Origin: Actinomycetota bacterium
GTDB taxonomy: Bacteria > Actinomycetota > Humimicrobiia > Humimicrobiales > Humimicrobiaceae
NCBI GenBank assembly: GCA_012837825.1
Contig: DUQM01000015.1
Coordinates: 11,318 to 75,317, forward strand
Direction: 5' to 3'
Length of the DNA stretch: 64,000 nucleotides
Positions 60,404 through 64,000 of the stretch are shown one piece after another; the stretch's first letter is position 1, and each line of letters begins with the position of its first letter. Under the pieces are notes generated by a model that worked only from the letters and a program-made list of their open reading frames with translations, made no database searches and was not told the DNA's origin. The position numbers and the translations under genes are program-made.

Positions 60404-61477
60404 TTGAATATAGACAAAAAAAAGTTAAAAAACAGGATTTTTATCGCACTTAGGATTTTAATAAGCGTAGGTATATTATTCTTCCTTTTTAAAACCCAGT
60501 TCGGCAATTTTTCGGAAATCATTTCCTATATTTCCAGGACAAAGGTTAATTTCTGGATGATAGGACTTTCTTTTTTAATGTACTGGCTCGGTATTTATTT
60601 TCTTGTCCTGAGATGGCAGATTCTTTTGAAGACACAGCAGATAAAAGCTTCCATGCCTTTTTTGTTCGGTTCCTATCTTGTCGGATATTTTTTCAACAAT
60701 TTCCTGCCAACCTCTATCGGCGGAGATGTTTACAGGATTTATGACACTTCCAGACTTAAAAACAGTTCAGGCATGAAGGCTGCTTCAATCGTGCTGATGG
60801 AAAGAACCACAGGAGTCGTGAGCTCAATAATATATCTGGTTTTCGCTCTTGCAGTAGGATTCTTAAGGACTTCACATGTTGAATTCAAGATGGGAAAATG
60901 GAATATTTCAAACAACATCCTTATAGTGATGATACTTACATTTTTTATACTGGCGGTTCTTGTAATCCTTATTATGCTTTTCCCTGATTACTTCAGGCTT
61001 AACAAAGTTTTCAGGAAATTAAGATTTCTGCACAAATGGGAAGACAAGCTGAGACAAATGTATAATACATTCAAAGATTTCAGGAAATTCAAGCTTATTA
61101 TGCTTGTGACTATTATTCTGAGCATGCTTCTGCAGTTTACTTTTACTCTTAATTCTTCATTCTGCAGCCAGGGTTTCGGGATAACCCAGCTAAACCTTAT
61201 AGCCTATATATTCATAATACAGATAAGCTCAATACTTACAATGATACCAATATCCATAGGAGGCATAGGAGTCAGAGAAGGCGCTTTTGTAGTGCTTGTC
61301 GGCGCTCTTGGCGGCCCGAAGGACATAGCAACCATAGTTTCAATAGCTGTTCTCATCATGATACTTGTTCCGGGTATTATAGGCGGAATAATATATGCTC
61401 TAAGACCATACATGGACAGAAAAAGAAAACAGGCTGAGATGACAGAAAGCAAGGAATCCCCTCAAAAGGAAGCGTAA
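60404..61477 (+). CDS. UPF0104/lysylphosphatidylglycerol-synthase-TM-domain-like (flippase-like) membrane protein
   Basis: 357 aa with 8 TM helices and the family motif FLPTSIGGDVYRIYD…. Confidence 0.65.
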   Translation: MNIDKKKLKNRIFIALRILISVGILFFLFKTQFGNFSEIISYISRTKVNFWMIGLSFLMYWLGIYFLVLRWQILLKTQQIKASMPFLFGSYLVGYFFNNFLPTSIGGDVYRIYDTSRLKNSSGMKAASIVLMERTTGVVSSIIYLVFALAVGFLRTSHVEFKMGKWNISNNILIVMILTFFILAVLVILIMLFPDYFRLNKVFRKLRFLHKWEDKLRQMYNTFKDFRKFKLIMLVTIILSMLLQFTFTLNSSFCSQGFGITQLNLIAYIFIIQISSILTMIPISIGGIGVREGAFVVLVGALGGPKDIATIVSIAVLIMILVPGIIGGIIYALRPYMDRKRKQAEMTESKESPQKEA

Positions 61478-61607
61478 TATAATACTTTATGGTATCTGCA
61501 ATAGCCTTATTAAAATCCCTGATTTAATGCTGTGATTTTGTGATTATATAATCTTCCTATTTTCAGATCCGGATTTTTTTAATATGTCTTTAATGCAGGC
61601 AGTAATG

Positions 61608-64000
61608 CTATTTACGATTTAAATAGTTTGAAACATAATTAAAAGTTTTTTTCGGTCCGCTTCTGGAAAGATGGTAAAAAAAACTTGATATAAGACATCT
61701 TTTTCTGCCTCCCGGTGATGCTGCGGAGCAGTTATCTTTTTCAAAAGACTGCCCTTCGGTATCCTTAACGGCACTTATAACAGGATCCATGCAAAATTTT
61801 ACAAGCGGGCTGCATGCTTTTTCCCACCTGTAATCATCGGCAATACGGGAAATATTTTCTACACAGCTTTTATAAAATACTTTATCATCAGCAATTTTCT
61901 TTATGGCTTCGGCAATATCCTGTGGATCTTTCTCCTTTACAACCAGACCGATTTTTTCTGTTTTTATAAGATCGCTGAAAAAATCACCTTCTGTCGATAT
62001 TACCGGAAGATCTGCCCAGATATAGTCAAGAACTCTTGTCCTGAATGAAAATCTTGTTTCTATATGAAGAGGATGTGTGATTATTCCTGCATCAGATTCC
62101 ATAAGATAATTCTGTCTTTCATCATATTTCACCCAGCCGAAATTGAAGAAAACATTTTTCTCGAAAATTCCAAGGCTCTTTGCAAGATTTACCGTTTCAC
62201 CGACAAGGGATAGCTCTTTTACCATGGGATTGGGATGCTTTACTCCCATAAAGAATAATTTTATATCATCCCTTTCCAGACTTATGAGTTTCATTGCCTT
62301 TATAAGCGAAAGAGGATCAAACCAGTTATATATTCCTCCGCCCCATATAATCACAAAATCATCTTCCCTGATTCCGCCAACAACTCCCTTCAATACTTTT
62401 GTTGTATGAACAGGTTTACTGTCAGGAAGGCCGAAAGGCACGACATCTATTGTTTTTCTCAATGTGCTGTCTGCATAATAAGTAATCGGGTTGATCCTGT
62501 TTAAGGCAGCAAGCATTCCCAACCAGAAATCTCTCTGTCTTTCTGAAGCACAGAGAAAGAAATCTCCCCAGTAAAGCTGCTCATTTATAGTTTTTACTAC
62601 TTCTTCATGAATCCCTATTCTTTCCTTTATGGGCTTTGAGCTGTATTCTTCAAGGGTTGCAAGGTTATAAGGGTCATATATGTCAAGGATTAAAAACCTG
62701 TCTTTCCTTTTCAGGCTCTTAAATTTGTTAAAAGAAGTTCCGCCGCATAGAATTATATCAGCTCTTTCAACGAGTTTTCCAAGGGAAATGTCATCAGAAT
62801 ACCAGCTTATCTCAAATTCCATATCAGGGAGGTCAGGTTTGTTAGGGCTTGCTATTATTACATGCATGTAGCGGGAAAGGACTTCTGCAAAATTCCATAT
62901 CCTTATAGCCGGACCGGCCATTTCTTTATCTATTACTTCATCCGAGACAAGAAGGATGGTTCTTTTTATTTTCTTGTTAAAAATATCATAGATGCCAAGA
63001 GATGAAAGCATGTTTATCTGCTGTTTCTGATAGTTTTCATCACCGGATACTGAAAGGAATTGTCCTTTGAAATAGGTAAATAATGCCTTGTCGTCTCTTC
63101 TTCTGTTTGATTGAATAAAATCTCTTTTTGCTTTATGTATTGCTATATTGTCAAGAAAATCTTTCACCGCCATCAGGGAACTCAAAGGCTGTGGATCTAT
63201 TTCAAGCTGCCTGATCTTATCACCTATTTTTTTTGAAAGCTCGCTTGATTTTTTATCATTTATGTCGAAATTATAATAACTCTTATAATCAAATTTAAAA
63301 TCGGTAAATATTCTTGCAAAAATATTGGAAAACGTTGCAGCAAGAATGGCAGAAAGACTCTGTTCCCCGTAATTCTTATAAAGAGATATAAGGGCATTTC
63401 TTTCTTTAAGATATCTCAGTTTGTCATCGCTGAAAGCTTTTGATGTCCCGTGATGCATGTGGTAAATAATTGAATCAGGGGCAAATACTACTTTATAACC
63501 CAGAACCCAGAGTCTCCATCCAAGATCCACATCTTCATAATAGGCAAAAAAATCCTCGTCAAATCCGCCCGAATTCAGAAAAACATCTCTTTTGACAAGC
63601 ATGGCTCCCCCGTTTACAAAAGGAAGAAATCTTTCTATATTATGATTATCTTTCTCTTTTGGCCTACCGTAATCAATCTGAAAACCCTTTGCTTCAAAAT
63701 TGATCATGCCGCCCGCAAAATCAATACTTTTACCGTCAAAAGAAAGTACTTTGGAGCCTGAGCAGATTATTTCATCTGAGCCGTAGACAGGTCTCAGGAG
63801 TTCTATAAGCCAGTTTTCATCAACTTTGGTGTCATTATTTAAAAAAGCAACATAGTCTCCTTTTGCTTCTGCAGCTGCCTGATTGTTTGCTTTTGCAAAT
63901 CCCAGATTACCATTATTGCAAATGAGTTTTACTTCCGGATAATTATTTCTTACAAATTCAACAGAATCATCATTGGAACCATTATCAACAATAATTATTT
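61608..64000 (-). CDS. Bifunctional GT2 (N-terminal) - GT4-like (C-terminal) glycosyltransferase, 5' end truncated by window edge
   Basis: The reading frame stays open upstream of the tracked Met (63707) to the window end. Translating 63708-64000 gives …IIIVDNGSNDDSVEFVRNNYPEVKLICNNGNLGFAKANNQAAA…, a GT2 N-terminus. The C-terminal module is paralogous to the N-terminal module of 43234..45546. Confidence 0.65.
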   Translation of the reverse strand, partial: IIIVDNGSNDDSVEFVRNNYPEVKLICNNGNLGFAKANNQAAAEAKGDYVAFLNNDTKVDENWLIELLRPVYGSDEIICSGSKVLSFDGKSIDFAGGMINFEAKGFQIDYGRPKEKDNHNIERFLPFVNGGAMLVKRDVFLNSGGFDEDFFAYYEDVDLGWRLWVLGYKVVFAPDSIIYHMHHGTSKAFSDDKLRYLKERNALISLYKNYGEQSLSAILAATFSNIFARIFTDFKFDYKSYYNFDINDKKSSELSKKIGDKIRQLEIDPQPLSSLMAVKDFLDNIAIHKAKRDFIQSNRRRDDKALFTYFKGQFLSVSGDENYQKQQINMLSSLGIYDIFNKKIKRTILLVSDEVIDKEMAGPAIRIWNFAEVLSRYMHVIIASPNKPDLPDMEFEISWYSDDISLGKLVERADIILCGGTSFNKFKSLKRKDRFLILDIYDPYNLATLEEYSSKPIKERIGIHEEVVKTINEQLYWGDFFLCASERQRDFWLGMLAALNRINPITYYADSTLRKTIDVVPFGLPDSKPVHTTKVLKGVVGGIREDDFVIIWGGGIYNWFDPLSLIKAMKLISLERDDIKLFFMGVKHPNPMVKELSLVGETVNLAKSLGIFEKNVFFNFGWVKYDERQNYLMESDAGIITHPLHIETRFSFRTRVLDYIWADLPVISTEGDFFSDLIKTEKIGLVVKEKDPQDIAEAIKKIADDKVFYKSCVENISRIADDYRWEKACSPLVKFCMDPVISAVKDTEGQSFEKDNCSAASPGGRKRCLISSFFYHLSRSGPKKTFNYVSNYLNRK

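Noticed and set aside
61608-63707. The ORF-track start (MINFEAKG…) as the true start of the last minus-strand gene.
   Set aside because: The frame stays open upstream to the window edge and encodes a canonical GT2 N-terminus (…IIIVDNGSNDDS…). The tracked Met is therefore internal, and the gene is truncated by the window.
1-64000. Numerous 60-200-aa ORFs in the six-frame track lying antisense to, or out of frame within, long genes (e.g. 1949..2146+, 8404..9000+, 9179..9610+, 30407..30862+, 33689..34201+, 48398..48685-, 56617..57030+).
   Set aside because: They are embedded entirely within well-supported long coding regions on the opposite strand or in another frame. They have low-complexity, AT-driven composition (runs of F/I/L/S/K). 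They lack plausible ribosome-binding sites and show no recognisable motifs. They are treated as spurious.
1-64000. A search for tRNA genes, rRNA genes, CRISPR repeats, transposases or integrases, and phage genes.
   Set aside because: No T-arm-like GGTTCRANTCC motifs were found other than the tmRNA 3' end. No short regularly spaced direct repeats were found. No DDE transposase or tyrosine or serine recombinase-like ORFs were found. None is reported.

Overview
This is a low-GC (~33-35%) bacterial window that is almost entirely coding, with most genes on the minus strand. Its gene order resembles Firmicutes. In order: (1) A housekeeping block containing ssrA (tmRNA with an intrinsic terminator), smpB, ctpA-like S41 protease, an M23 peptidase, ftsX, ftsE, prfB (with the conserved programmed +1 frameshift, seen directly), secA, hpf and comFC. 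(2) A nucleotide-sugar block (NTP-transferase, MtnA-like isomerase, ahcY, PGI/PMI, PGM/PMM, gmd, manC-like, rmd-like reductase, GT2) consistent with GDP-6-deoxyhexose (GDP-D-rhamnose-type) synthesis. (3) A compact cluster of conserved proteins with no assigned function, which is the best candidate for an undescribed system: two MinD/ParA-type ATPases with inserted 4Fe-4S ferredoxin domains, two NifX/NifB-like cofactor-binding-domain proteins, two DUF5320-like Gly/Arg-rich proteins opening with MPRGDGTGP, a flavoredoxin-like protein and a DUF134/UPF0251 putative DNA-binding protein. The cluster carries a striking 17-nt inverted-repeat operator-like motif, recurring in two promoter regions. (4) A LacI-regulated ABC-transporter and oxidative (non-phosphorylative) L-rhamnose/6-deoxyhexose catabolic locus (RhaM mutarotase, SDR dehydrogenase, MBL-fold hydrolase, enolase-superfamily dehydratase, DapA-family aldolase/dehydratase), with candidate tandem LacI operators. 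(5) A large glycan-assembly island of about 26 kb: many GT2 and GT4 enzymes (including paralogous GT4 modules and GT-methyltransferase and GT2-GT4 fusions), an ArnC/GtrB-like polyprenol-phosphate GT, an ArnT/PMT-like GT-C membrane GT, a UDP-sugar epimerase, a hexapeptide acetyltransferase, a UPF0104 flippase-like protein, a DUF11-SGNH hydrolase fusion and a secreted TolB-like PD40 beta-propeller protein. No CRISPR arrays, tRNAs, rRNAs, transposases or integrases were seen.
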